DNA of 63,611 nt, the filler included. It is 8 parts of 8 records of this genome, joined end to end, with 100 filler letters (N's around TTAATTAATTAA, not from the genome) between each part and the next. Parts side by side here need not be neighbours in the genome. Positions count along the whole stretch, not along the records: positions 1 to 9,842 come from SRR31156797_3303; 7 more parts are not named here. One strand, written 5' to 3'. The notes under the pieces are model-generated. The model was not told the origin of the DNA. It did not search any database and saw nothing but the letters and a program-made list of their open reading frames with translations. Position numbers and translations under genes: made by a program. Position 1 is the first letter of the stretch. Every line of letters begins with the position of its first letter. Of the stretch, positions 1-9,942 are shown in pieces.

Positions 1-123
1 CTGCCAGCAGTGCGTCCGCACCATGACCACATATGTGCGTCGAAGCAAGGTGGACTTGCAGGAGCTGAATATTACACAGCTGGTGCGGAAGGCTCTGAGG
101 TAACAGGGTGCAGTGTACAGTTG

Positions 124-876
124 TCAGGGGGCAATACGCATCCCCGACAAACAGCGCCGCACATGGGGAGCACCGGCAAGGGCTGCGGTAAAATCTCTTT
201 TCATATGCAGCAGATGAGATATCGTTGAAGGCTTTCGAACGATCTGCCCGAAAATGTAGGAAGGCCGGGGACGGCCTTTCCGGTCAACACACTGAAACAG
301 GTATTCCGGAACGGAAACATCCGCAGGATCACAAATGGCCCGGACGGCGAAAAAAGGAATGCCCGACCGGCTTGCTGCACGCGCCACGGCCGCTGTCTCC
401 ATATCCACGGCCATTACGCCGGTTCGCTTGAAAAGAGCCTGTTTGCCTGTGGCATTCAAAACCGCCTCTTTTACCGTAACGATCGGCCCCCGATGAACAG
501 CCGTGTCTTCGGCCTCCGGGCACGAAAAAGTCACTTCAGAACTGCGTCCACCCCTTTTCCAAACCAAGGAGATTCCGTCATCCCGTTCCAAAAAGACCGC
601 ATCCGCAAATACCAGGTCGCCAATCCCCAAACCGGGATCCAACCCGCCTGAAACACCGAAACATCCTAAGGTCGCCACGCCTTTTTCACTCAACCAATGG
701 GCGGCGGAAAAAGCATTGTCCATCCCCATACCCGACTGAACAACCGCCAGTTCAGCACCATCTTTCAAAACCGTGCGGCAATGCAGGAATCCGTTGGTTT
801 TCGCCCAGGAACAACGTCCCACCAATGCCCGTACTTCACCCTGGAGTGCTATCACAATACCGATTGTTTTGTTCAT
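124..876 (-). CDS. Nucleoside phosphorylase, HpnG-like (hopanoid-associated)
   Basis: SGMG, FGVSGGL, AVDMETAAVA and RAICD motifs of the PNP/MTA family; directly downstream of shc. Confidence 0.85.
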   Translation of the reverse strand: MNKTIGIVIALQGEVRALVGRCSWAKTNGFLHCRTVLKDGAELAVVQSGMGMDNAFSAAHWLSEKGVATLGCFGVSGGLDPGLGIGDLVFADAVFLERDDGISLVWKRGGRSSEVTFSCPEAEDTAVHRGPIVTVKEAVLNATGKQALFKRTGVMAVDMETAAVARAASRSGIPFFAVRAICDPADVSVPEYLFQCVDRKGRPRPSYIFGQIVRKPSTISHLLHMKRDFTAALAGAPHVRRCLSGMRIAP

Positions 877-888
877 GTTTTAGGTTGG

Positions 889-2967
889 TTAAACCGGTTG
901 AGACAGATCGACAGGATGTTTCAGGGTGACTTCTCCTTGAAGGGTCATCTTTTCCATTCGCAATCGTCGGTATTCACCCAGTGCCCAGAGGGGAAAGAAC
1001 TGACCATAGCCGTGGTAACGCAGATAAAACACACTGGGAAAACCCGTACCGGTATAGAGCTTTTCATCCCATCGCCCCTCTTTGTCCTGGTGGCTGATCA
1101 GGTAGTGAACACCCCGTTGCACCGCGGCACTTTTCACTTCGCCTGCGGCCATGAGCCCCAGTAACGCCCAAGCGGTCTGAGAAGGGGTGCTCTTACCCTT
1201 TCCAGCAAGGAGGGGATCCGTATATGAATAACAGGTTTCACCCCAGCCGTTATCTGGATTCTGACAGGATTTCAACCATTGAACCGCCCCTCGGATATAG
1301 GGCTGGGAGGGATCTTCCCCCAAACACCCCAACCCCTTCAATACGGACCATGTGCCATAAATATAATTGACACCCCAGCGCCCGAACCAGGCCCCGCAAT
1401 CTTCCTGTTCCCGTTGCAGAAAATCCAGTGCCCTGGAAATGGGGGGGAAATCGGACCGGTATCCCAGCATTGCCAGCAGCTCAATACATCGGCCCGTCAA
1501 ATCGGATGTTCCGGGATCGAGAAGCGCCCCATGATCGGCAAAGGGGATCTCGTTTAAGTAAAGATAGTTATTATCAATATCAAAGGCGCCCCAGCCGCCG
1601 TCGGAACTCTGCATCCCGATCACCCATTTTACGGCTTTGGCAATTTTTTCACGGTATGTGTCTTCGTCTAAAGCACCGGCCCGCAATAAGGCCATCAGGA
1701 CCATGGGTGTGTCATCCACATCGGGATAAAAGGTATTTTCGAACTGAAAGGCCCATCCGGCAGGCGTTAGATCGGGCGCTCGATAAACCCAGTCCCCGGG
1801 AACAAGGATCAGTTGTTTGAAAAGCCAGTCCACGGCACCTTGAACCGCTGCATGGTTTGCGGTCAGTCCCCCTTCAAGCACGGCGGAAAGACTTAAACAG
1901 GTATCCCATATGGGGCTCAAACAGGGTTGGCAGTAACTCTCATCACCGTGGGTGACCAGCAAATCCTCGATGGCCTGGATTCCCCGGGCAACATCGGGAT
2001 GGTCATCCGGATACCCCAGAACCTTCAAAGCCATTACCGCATTGGCCATTGCCGGGAAAATGGCGCCGATACCGCCCTCCCCCTTCATCCGCTCACGGGT
2101 CCAGGTTTCAGCCAGCTTTAACCCTTTTTTCCGCAGCACCCGGGGCATCACGGGGTCAACTTTTTTGAGGACCCGATCCAGGATCAAAAAACAGTTTTTA
2201 AAAAAACTGCCCGGGACAAAACGATCCAAGTGCTGAAGTTCATGTACAGGCGACACGAAAAGTTCTGAAACGCCCTCTTCCGGCTTCAGACGACACACAG
2301 GCCTCTTGGCATATAGGATAAGGAGCGGAACAATAACGGTTCTTGACCAGTAAGAAATTTTATTGAGGTGGAAGAAAAACCACTGGGGAAGGAGCATGAT
2401 CTCGATGGGCATGGCCGGTGTTGTTTCCCAGGGGATCTGCCCGAAAAGCGCCAGCATAATGCGTGTAAACACATTGGCTTCAGCGGCCCCGCCCTGTCCC
2501 AAAACGAAGGCTCTGGCCCTGACCATATGGGGTGCATCGGGAGAGTCCCCCAATTGCTTCAACGCAAAATAAGCCTTAATGGAAGCGCTGATATTGCCAT
2601 CACCTTCGTAATAGAGTGGCCACCCGCCACTTTGAAGCTGTCGGTTGCGCAAATAATTGGCGAACCGCAACTTGAGATCCCCGGGGATTTGACGTCCCAG
2701 AAATCTTTGGAGCAGAATGTATTCCGAAGGAATGGTCGCATCCGCTTCCAGATCAAACACCCAATACCCTTTTTCGTTCTGAATATTCAGAAACCGATCC
2801 CTGGTTCTTCGAATGGATTCATTCAACCGTTCCACGGTAAACAGAGGGGTTACGGGTAGATCAGCATCTGTCTCTTCATAACCGGGCAAATGGTATCTTC
2901 CGGGATAACCGGTCCATCTTTTCGGATCAGCAAGAATTTTCAAGGCCGTGCGGATGCGCTGGTTCAT
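889..2967 (-). CDS. shc: Squalene-hopene cyclase
   Basis: DXDD motif (YPDVDDT), repeated QW motifs (QSSDGGWGAF, QNPDNGWGE), GTGFP.VFYLRYH. Confidence 0.97.
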   Translation of the reverse strand: MNQRIRTALKILADPKRWTGYPGRYHLPGYEETDADLPVTPLFTVERLNESIRRTRDRFLNIQNEKGYWVFDLEADATIPSEYILLQRFLGRQIPGDLKLRFANYLRNRQLQSGGWPLYYEGDGNISASIKAYFALKQLGDSPDAPHMVRARAFVLGQGGAAEANVFTRIMLALFGQIPWETTPAMPIEIMLLPQWFFFHLNKISYWSRTVIVPLLILYAKRPVCRLKPEEGVSELFVSPVHELQHLDRFVPGSFFKNCFLILDRVLKKVDPVMPRVLRKKGLKLAETWTRERMKGEGGIGAIFPAMANAVMALKVLGYPDDHPDVARGIQAIEDLLVTHGDESYCQPCLSPIWDTCLSLSAVLEGGLTANHAAVQGAVDWLFKQLILVPGDWVYRAPDLTPAGWAFQFENTFYPDVDDTPMVLMALLRAGALDEDTYREKIAKAVKWVIGMQSSDGGWGAFDIDNNYLYLNEIPFADHGALLDPGTSDLTGRCIELLAMLGYRSDFPPISRALDFLQREQEDCGAWFGRWGVNYIYGTWSVLKGLGCLGEDPSQPYIRGAVQWLKSCQNPDNGWGETCYSYTDPLLAGKGKSTPSQTAWALLGLMAAGEVKSAAVQRGVHYLISHQDKEGRWDEKLYTGTGFPSVFYLRYHGYGQFFPLWALGEYRRLRMEKMTLQGEVTLKHPVDLSQPV

Positions 2968-3282
2968 CTAAATTAAATAATCCTCCAGAAAAGGTTAATA
3001 CAGGAGCTATATATGACTATCTATCAAAATTCAAGTAAAATCGATATATTCTCCTTTTATTTGGCCATAATGGTATATTCTGTTGTTTCACGATAAAATA
3101 ATGATTATTCCCAAGATCTTGCACCTGACCCCATCCATATTTGAAAAAATGAGTCATAAGGGAAGGCGGTTTTTCAAGGATTCCATCATCAAAGTGCCGG
3201 AATTGGCGTGCAAAAGTACCCCCATGGGTTTATACTCCCCGGGAAATCCCATTAAAAAACCTTTTTTTGGAAAAAATTGAAG

Positions 3283-3969
3283 ATGAAACCTGAAGGCGCA
3301 GAGGCCGGCCCGGAAGCACGAGACCTGCTCATTGATCAGCTTGAAGCACTGAAAACCAGGATCAACGGTATCCATTCGGACATTCCCTGCCTCACTGAGG
3401 GCACGGCATTAAGCATCCTGCTACAGAAGCTGTATGAAATCCGGGAAGGACTCAATCAACTGGAAAAAGCCCTGTTACAGACACACCTCAAATGTTCCAT
3501 CTCTCCCGGCATCCAGGTACCGGGCCCGGTCATCCTGGCCCTTTCCAGGCTTAGCGAAAAACGTCACGGGGCCATCATCGTCATCGCCCATGACGACGAC
3601 CTGGACCATCTCCTTGAAGGCGGCGTCCATATTGATGCACCCATCAGCGTACCACTCCTGGAGAACCTGTTCTATCCCGGCAGCCCGCTCCATGACGGTG
3701 CTGTGATTATTCGAGAGGGCCGCATTCAGAAAGCGGGGGTGTTGCTTCCCCTGGCACCCCATTCCGCGGACATAGACCGACTGGGGCTCGCCTCCCGCCA
3801 CCGGGCCGCCCTGGGACTCAGCCGCGCCAGCGATGCCCTGGTTATTGCGGTATCTGAAGAAAAAGGGTGGATTTCCATGGCGTTGAAGGACCAATTATAT
3901 CCCAACCTGGGCACCTTCGCCCTGCTGGAAAACCTGAGCAAAACCAGGGAAAGAAGCGAAAATGATTGA
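3283..3969 (+). CDS. Soluble diadenylate cyclase (DisA_N/DAC domain), CdaS-like
   Basis: SPLHDGA, RHRAALG and VSEE motifs; helical N-terminal extension without TM segments. Confidence 0.9.
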   Translation: MKPEGAEAGPEARDLLIDQLEALKTRINGIHSDIPCLTEGTALSILLQKLYEIREGLNQLEKALLQTHLKCSISPGIQVPGPVILALSRLSEKRHGAIIVIAHDDDLDHLLEGGVHIDAPISVPLLENLFYPGSPLHDGAVIIREGRIQKAGVLLPLAPHSADIDRLGLASRHRAALGLSRASDALVIAVSEEKGWISMALKDQLYPNLGTFALLENLSKTRERSEND

Positions 3970-4018
3970 TTCCGGGGCAAAAACCATGCAAACCATTAAC
4001 GCGGAGAGCCCCTAAACA

Positions 4019-4603
4019 ATGGAATTTGAAGACCATCCCCTTTGGAACTTTACCATTGAGGCCCATCAGCGCCCCGGTGTGCACGAAGCGTGCATGACGC
4101 TTCAGGTAAATCATGATATTGATGTGAATTTTCTGTTCTGGTGTTGTTGGGTCGGGGCGGTGGGTACACCACCCCTTGATGGAAATCAGATGCAAAGGGC
4201 CATGGATGCCGTGGGGCAATGGCAGGAGGAAATCGTCAGGCCCGTCTGGAGGGCAAGATGGAAACTGAAGCCCGTCTACGGAAACTTTTCAGAAGACTTG
4301 ACGGAACCCCTCCGCCGGCAACTCATTGCCGCCGAGCTGAATGCCGAGCACATTGAAATGCTTCACCTGGCCCATACCGTAAAAATCCGGATGGATGCAA
4401 GTGTTTCCACATGGGACAAGGCATCGCACGCAGCGTCAAATCTGAAACTTTATCTGTCCCGTCATTTTGTCCGGGAAAGTACCAAAGTAAGTTCTACGGC
4501 GCGCCAAAACCCGATTCCAAAAAATATTCAGGATCCCTTGAGCACAGTTTTATGCGCCTGTTTTCCGGAACTGAACAGGGAAGCAGTCCTGTCGCTTTTG
4601 TAA
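4019..4603 (+). CDS. TIGR02444/DUF2390 family protein
   Basis: LWNF...PGVHEACMTLQ...DVNFLFWCCW...WQEEIVRPVWRAR...ELNAEHIE pattern. Confidence 0.8.
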   Translation: MEFEDHPLWNFTIEAHQRPGVHEACMTLQVNHDIDVNFLFWCCWVGAVGTPPLDGNQMQRAMDAVGQWQEEIVRPVWRARWKLKPVYGNFSEDLTEPLRRQLIAAELNAEHIEMLHLAHTVKIRMDASVSTWDKASHAASNLKLYLSRHFVRESTKVSSTARQNPIPKNIQDPLSTVLCACFPELNREAVLSLL

Positions 4604-4629
4604 AGAAAAACTGGAGGATTCACTAGATT

Positions 4630-5451
4630 ATGAAGGGAAAACGCTGTTTTCAACCACACCTTTTGATGATCTTTATCATGGCGCTGTTTTGTGCAACACC
4701 GTCCTTTGCCGGGGTTCTTAAAATCAAAACACAAACCACTGTGCAAACCATCAATGACCGACTCCATATGACAGTGGCCCTCACAAATGAGGGGACCGCC
4801 ATCGCTTACAATCTCCAGGTTCACCTGGAACTCCTTGGGGAAACCCTTGATTCGAAACTGAAGCCACAGCTTGACCCGGCAGGATCAAGCACCTTCGTTT
4901 TTGAAAAAAGCGCTGAAGGAATCTCAGCGGGGAGATATCCCCTGACGGTCTCGGTTGTCTTTCACGACGCAAACCGATACCCCTTTTCCGCCCTTTCGGG
5001 GATGACCTTTTCCATCGGCCCCGATGTAAATTCCGACCTTGCGGTCATGGGAAAAAATATCGCCATGGATAATGGCGGGGAACTTTCCCTGAATATCAAG
5101 AATATGGGGACCGGCGAAAAGAAGATCCTGGCCACCCTCGTGCTTCCCAGGGAACTCTCAACGCCCACTCCGCAAATGAGCTTTCTTCTGAACTCCAGGT
5201 CCCGGAAGGACCTGGATTTTGAGATCCGCAATTTTTCGGCCCTTCCCGGGGCGGATTACCCGGTTTTCTGCTATTTTGAATACGACCTGGAGGACATCCA
5301 CCACACGGCGGTCTGCACGGCGGCCATCAAAATCATTGAACCGGAGAACCTGTTTCGCCGATACCGCTGGTTATGGATGGGTCTTGCGGGAATTCTCATC
5401 ATGATCCTTTTGACGCTCATCATCAAAAGTCGTATGAAGACAAAGGGATGA
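4630..5451 (+). CDS. Secreted Ig-like protein with C-terminal membrane anchor
   Basis: Signal peptide, beta-rich body, C-terminal TM helix with basic tail. Confidence 0.65.
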   Translation: MKGKRCFQPHLLMIFIMALFCATPSFAGVLKIKTQTTVQTINDRLHMTVALTNEGTAIAYNLQVHLELLGETLDSKLKPQLDPAGSSTFVFEKSAEGISAGRYPLTVSVVFHDANRYPFSALSGMTFSIGPDVNSDLAVMGKNIAMDNGGELSLNIKNMGTGEKKILATLVLPRELSTPTPQMSFLLNSRSRKDLDFEIRNFSALPGADYPVFCYFEYDLEDIHHTAVCTAAIKIIEPENLFRRYRWLWMGLAGILIMILLTLIIKSRMKTKG

Positions 5452-5458
5452 ATAACCC

Positions 5459-6325
5459 ATGAGAGTCATTTTCCACGGTGATGATTTTGGATTAACCCCG
5501 GGGGTTAACAAAGGCATCATCGGCTCTTTCAAACACGGGCTGTTGACGAGCACATCGCTCATGGCGGTGGGAGAGGCGGCGGAAGAAGCCATGGATCTGG
5601 CACTTGAAAACCCCGGTCTGGATGTGGGAATTCACCTGGTACTTGCCGATGAACCGCCCCTGCTGCCGCCTGAAGGCCTGTCCACCCTGATCTCTCACCA
5701 TGGATTGCTGCCCTCCCGAAACCGGATTTTAAAGGCCATTTTTTCTCGAAAACTGGATTATGGACAGGTTGAAGCAGAGTGGTGCGCCCAGGTGGAAAAG
5801 GTGCTGACGCGCGGCATCGGGATCAGCCACCTGGACAGCCACCAGTTCATTCATCTCTTCCCCGGACTTTTCAATGTTTGCCGCAACATCAGTCGACGCT
5901 ACCATATCCCCTTTATGAGAAGTACCGTAATGGAACCATCGTTTTCCAGTGCATGGATCATCCCTGAAATCGGATTCGCCCGGTTGGTGCAGTGGACCGG
6001 TCTATGGGGATGGACACGGCTCATGGCTGCCGCCGGCTGTTTTCACGGAGGGGCAATCATTCCTTCAGTCGGTTTCCTGCACGCCGGAGGACGAATGGAT
6101 TGGGCCCGGGTACTGGAAATTCTGGATAAACTGGTCGAAAGAAGATCGTGTTCCCGGGTGGAATTCATCCTTCATCCCGGCATGGGAGACTACCATACGC
6201 AAAACAAGTATGGGCACTGGGGCTATACTTGGGAAAATGATCTGGCCCTGCTGTTGAATAATGATCTTCGAAAAGGGCTCCAAATGCGCCACATCAAAAC
6301 CACCTCCTTTGGAAAGGAAAGATGA
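5459..6325 (+). CDS. ChbG/HpnK (YdjC) family deacetylase
   Basis: GDDFG, STSLM, VGIHL, HLDSHQ and ILHPG motifs. Confidence 0.9.
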   Translation: MRVIFHGDDFGLTPGVNKGIIGSFKHGLLTSTSLMAVGEAAEEAMDLALENPGLDVGIHLVLADEPPLLPPEGLSTLISHHGLLPSRNRILKAIFSRKLDYGQVEAEWCAQVEKVLTRGIGISHLDSHQFIHLFPGLFNVCRNISRRYHIPFMRSTVMEPSFSSAWIIPEIGFARLVQWTGLWGWTRLMAAAGCFHGGAIIPSVGFLHAGGRMDWARVLEILDKLVERRSCSRVEFILHPGMGDYHTQNKYGHWGYTWENDLALLLNNDLRKGLQMRHIKTTSFGKER

Positions 6326-7698
6326 TGCGGCCCGGCACCATACTGCTCATCAATCCCCACTGGCAAGGTATCCGGCGGCAGATGCAACCGCAGTTCAAAA
6401 GGATTTGGCAGCCGCTGGAACTGGCACTGGCGGCAGCGCTCCTGGAAGAAAACGGCTTTACCGTACAAATCCTGGACAACAATGTGGACCGGTTGTCGCC
6501 CGCGGCCATCGGACGTCTGGCCCATGGATTTGAAAAAATTTTCATCACCTCAACACCCTATGACCGGTGGCAGTGCCCGTCCCTGGATATTCAATTCTTT
6601 TTTGACACCATGCGCCATATCCCTGGCAATCGCCTCCATATTATGGGTGCCCATGTGACCGAGCGTCCGGAAGTCATCCTCAGGCGGAGCGGGGCCCGGA
6701 CCGCCATTCTGGGGGAACCGGAAGAGACTATCCTGGAGATTGCCCTGAAGGATAGGGGCCATGAAATAGGGTCCCATATTCAAGGGATTGCCTATCTCAA
6801 AGGGAACCGGCTGATCAAAACAGCCACCCGAAAGCACCCGCTTGATTTGAACCGACTCCCACACCCGGCCTACCATCTGCTGAAGATGGATCGATACCGC
6901 TATGAGTTCATGGGGAAAAACTTTGCCATTCTGGAAGGATCGCGGGGGTGCCCCCATGGTTGCCGCTTCTGTTATCTGGGCATGTACGGCTCCGGTTTCA
7001 GGCAGAAACGCCTGGATCGCCTGCTGGATGAAGTCCGGTATGTAAACCGGGAATTCCAGGTACAAAATATCTATTTCATGGACCTTGAATTCGGCCTGAA
7101 TCGAAAATATCTGATCTCCTTTTGTAAAGCCATGGTCCATCTGAACCTAGGGATCAGATGGTGTTGCCAGACACGGGTGACGGATGTGGACGGGGATGTT
7201 TTAAAATGGATGAAAAAGTCGGGATGCCGCCTGATCCATTTCGGCGTTGAAGCGGGAAGCGATCGGATACTCCATCAAACCGGAAAAGGCATCACCGTAA
7301 ACGACTCTGTTCGGACCCTTGATTTGACCAAGAAAGCCGGCATTGAAACGGCCCTCTTCATGAATTTCGGCTTTCCCGGGGAAACATTGAGCGAAATGAA
7401 CGCAACCGTTGAACTGGCCATTCGGCTGAACCCGACCTACGCGGCATTTCACCTGATCGTCCCCTTTCCCGGCACGGAGCTGGCCCGGCAAACCGGTCTG
7501 GATATGGCGGCATTCCCCCCGCATCTATATCCCCATTTCAATTTCATTGACCACGATCTCAAAACCTTGAAATCGGTTCTGAGGAGGGCCTATGTGCGGT
7601 TTTATGTGAGGCCCGCTTATCTGATTGGGTTACTGCGCCGGCAGATACGCCCCCATCCGGGCCAGGGAAAGCTTTTCATGAGGTTGCTCAAGGGATGA
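6322..7698 (+). CDS. B12-binding radical SAM protein (HpnJ-like)
   Basis: GSRGCPHGCRFC (CxxxCxxC), GEPE, FGVEAG, FPGT; follows the HpnK-like gene. Confidence 0.85.
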   Translation: MMRPGTILLINPHWQGIRRQMQPQFKRIWQPLELALAAALLEENGFTVQILDNNVDRLSPAAIGRLAHGFEKIFITSTPYDRWQCPSLDIQFFFDTMRHIPGNRLHIMGAHVTERPEVILRRSGARTAILGEPEETILEIALKDRGHEIGSHIQGIAYLKGNRLIKTATRKHPLDLNRLPHPAYHLLKMDRYRYEFMGKNFAILEGSRGCPHGCRFCYLGMYGSGFRQKRLDRLLDEVRYVNREFQVQNIYFMDLEFGLNRKYLISFCKAMVHLNLGIRWCCQTRVTDVDGDVLKWMKKSGCRLIHFGVEAGSDRILHQTGKGITVNDSVRTLDLTKKAGIETALFMNFGFPGETLSEMNATVELAIRLNPTYAAFHLIVPFPGTELARQTGLDMAAFPPHLYPHFNFIDHDLKTLKSVLRRAYVRFYVRPAYLIGLLRRQIRPHPGQGKLFMRLLKG

Positions 7699-8765
7699 CC
7701 CATAACTGGCACATAAGACCATATGAGGCCGGCGATGAAAAGCGGATCCTCAAGCTTCGCCGGGCCGTATTCGGCGATCTTGATCCGGTGCGCCTCAAAG
7801 AATCGACCTGGCAATGGCAGTTTCAAAACAATCCTGCCGGCAAGGCCATCTGCTTTCTGGCGGAATCAAAGGGGAAAATTGTGGGCCAGTATGTGACCAT
7901 CCCCACCCGATTTTCCATTCACGGCAAAGAAACCCTTCTCGCCTTTTCATGCGACACCATGATTCACCCGGGGTTCCGCCGTCAGGGTCTGTTTTCCGCC
8001 CTGGCCCGTGAACTCTATGATTCCCTGGAAACCCGGCCCGGCATCAACCTGGTATGGGGGTTTCCCAACGACCTCTCCCTGTCCGGTTTCACCGGAAAAC
8101 TGGGCTGGCGGATACTGCCCACAATACCCCTGATGGTGATGCCCATCAGACCCTTAGGCATGGTTATTAACGCACTGCCCTTGTTCAACGGACGGGTGAT
8201 AAGCCGTCCGGCGCCAATGGAAGGGGATACCGGTTTTTCATTTTTTACAAAAATTCAAAGGCTTCACATGAACCCCATTGGGCATTTTGATGAAACCTTT
8301 GATGCCCTCTGGCAGGGACATTCGACAACGGCCCCAATAATACAGATTCGAGACAGCCGTTACCTTCAATGGCGGTATCTTTCCATCCCCGAATTTGACT
8401 ACCGACCCTTTGCCGTTCGACGTGATGGCCGTCTTCTGGGCTATGTGGTCATCAGGATGATGTCGTTAAAAGGCCAAAGGTTCGGTGTTCTGGTGGATCT
8501 GTTCCCCTTTCCCATGGAATCATTTTCGGTACTGGGTGAAATCTTTTCCTTCGCCAAACGATATGTCAAAGCCCATGGCGGGGATTTCCTGACCTGCCTT
8601 CTCCCACCCAAACAAGCGGGGCTCCTAAAAGGAGCCGGTTTCAGGAGGGTCCCTGAATTCATCAATCCCAAAACATGGCGACTCGGGTATGGCCTGGCAG
8701 GGAAAGGTCCTTCGGGGAGTCTGGATGATTGGCACGTCACCTATGGCGACACGGATGTGGTGTAA
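7695..8765 (+). CDS. GNAT family N-acetyltransferase
   Basis: HPGFRRQGLF acetyl-CoA motif, WGFPN, YLQWRY, terminal GDTD. Confidence 0.85.
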   Translation: MTHNWHIRPYEAGDEKRILKLRRAVFGDLDPVRLKESTWQWQFQNNPAGKAICFLAESKGKIVGQYVTIPTRFSIHGKETLLAFSCDTMIHPGFRRQGLFSALARELYDSLETRPGINLVWGFPNDLSLSGFTGKLGWRILPTIPLMVMPIRPLGMVINALPLFNGRVISRPAPMEGDTGFSFFTKIQRLHMNPIGHFDETFDALWQGHSTTAPIIQIRDSRYLQWRYLSIPEFDYRPFAVRRDGRLLGYVVIRMMSLKGQRFGVLVDLFPFPMESFSVLGEIFSFAKRYVKAHGGDFLTCLLPPKQAGLLKGAGFRRVPEFINPKTWRLGYGLAGKGPSGSLDDWHVTYGDTDVV

Positions 8766-8770
8766 TTTTT

Positions 8771-9478
8771 TTAAGGCCTTAAATATTTAGATTTCAGCCA
8801 CAACCGAAACAGGTTTCCGAATTTGTATATCCCTTCACTGAGCAGGTTAAATCGGCTCCCCCGCATGTCCAAGCAGTCAACCGGAATCTCTAAAATCCTG
8901 TAACCGTCACGGGACGCACGGTGAACCATTTCCACCACGTAGAAGGTATGGTCGTCAATGTGCTCGTGGTATCGCTTCAAAAGATCTTTGCGGTACCCTT
9001 TGGCCGCTATGGAATAGTCGTGATAATTGATGTGCAGCAATCGCCCGGCCAGACGGATAAAGAGGTTGCTGGCGGTTTTACGGGACCATGAACGTTGCTG
9101 TTCTCCCGTGATCTTGCTCCCGATGACCATATGCGCATGATCCAGCAACCGGCAGGCCTCGGGGATAAAATCAAGGCTGATGGAAAGGTCCATGTCCACG
9201 GTGATAATCCGATCATGGGAAGCCATCCCGACCCCTTCCCTGAAGGCCCGTCCCACACCCTTTGCGGCCAGGTGAAAAAAACGGATACCGGCATGCTCTC
9301 GGCTCAATTCCCCCGCCAGATTCACCGTGCCGTCCGTTGAACCGTTGCTGCCTAAAATTATCTCATAAGGCCACTTCAGCGTGTTCAGGAATGCCACCAG
9401 CTGAAGGGTATTTTTCACCAGCAACGCTTCCTCATTGTACACCGGGATAAAAATGGTAATTCCGGAACCTGATATCAT
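8771..9478 (-). CDS. Glycosyltransferase family 2
   Basis: IPVYNEE, NGSTDGT, GVGRA and DMD motifs. Confidence 0.9.
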   Translation of the reverse strand: MISGSGITIFIPVYNEEALLVKNTLQLVAFLNTLKWPYEIILGSNGSTDGTVNLAGELSREHAGIRFFHLAAKGVGRAFREGVGMASHDRIITVDMDLSISLDFIPEACRLLDHAHMVIGSKITGEQQRSWSRKTASNLFIRLAGRLLHINYHDYSIAAKGYRKDLLKRYHEHIDDHTFYVVEMVHRASRDGYRILEIPVDCLDMRGSRFNLLSEGIYKFGNLFRLWLKSKYLRP

Positions 9479-9842
9479 GGTGACGGCATCTCCCGTAACC
9501 GGTCTTTTGCAAAATCGGCCCAGATACTCCCGGGAAACCGGTCAATGGTCTTTTGAAACCGGACACGGGCCGGCCCACCCTTACCCTGGTTCAGATAACA
9601 CAGCCCCATGTGGTACAGGACCTCGGAAGCCCGGGGCGTTTCCGGATAGGTTTTCATAAGCCACGCGAGCCGGTTAAGGGCCTGTTCCCAGTCTTTTTCC
9701 CGGTAATGGCACATGGCATAATGGTAAGCGGCCTGGTCCACCATAATGGTCTGGGGAAATTTTTCCATCACCTGCTGAAAGTAATGCCTGGCCCCACCAT
9801 AATCCCCTTCCGTAAAGGCCTTGATCCCCCGGTTGTAGGGAA
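9475..9842 (-). CDS. Tetratricopeptide-repeat protein (5'-truncated by contig end)
   Basis: Frame open to the contig edge; repeated ...FP.T..A..A.Y..G.CY TPR units. Confidence 0.75.
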
Positions 9843-9942
9843 NNNNNNNNNNNNNNNNNNNNNNNNNNNNNNNNNNNNNNNNNNNNTTAATTAATTAANN
9901 NNNNNNNNNNNNNNNNNNNNNNNNNNNNNNNNNNNNNNNNNN
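9843..9942. other. Artificial contig linker (N44-TTAATTAATTAA-N44); same linker at 16577-16676, 21786-21885, 34018-34117, 39368-39467, 50658-50757, 57846-57945
   Basis: Identical 100-bp N spacer with six-frame stop core; GC content and gene content change across the linkers. Confidence 0.99.

Noticed and set aside
9887-9898. Recurring TTAATTAATTAA palindrome, and ORFs that run into N stretches
   Set aside because: Artificial contig linker.
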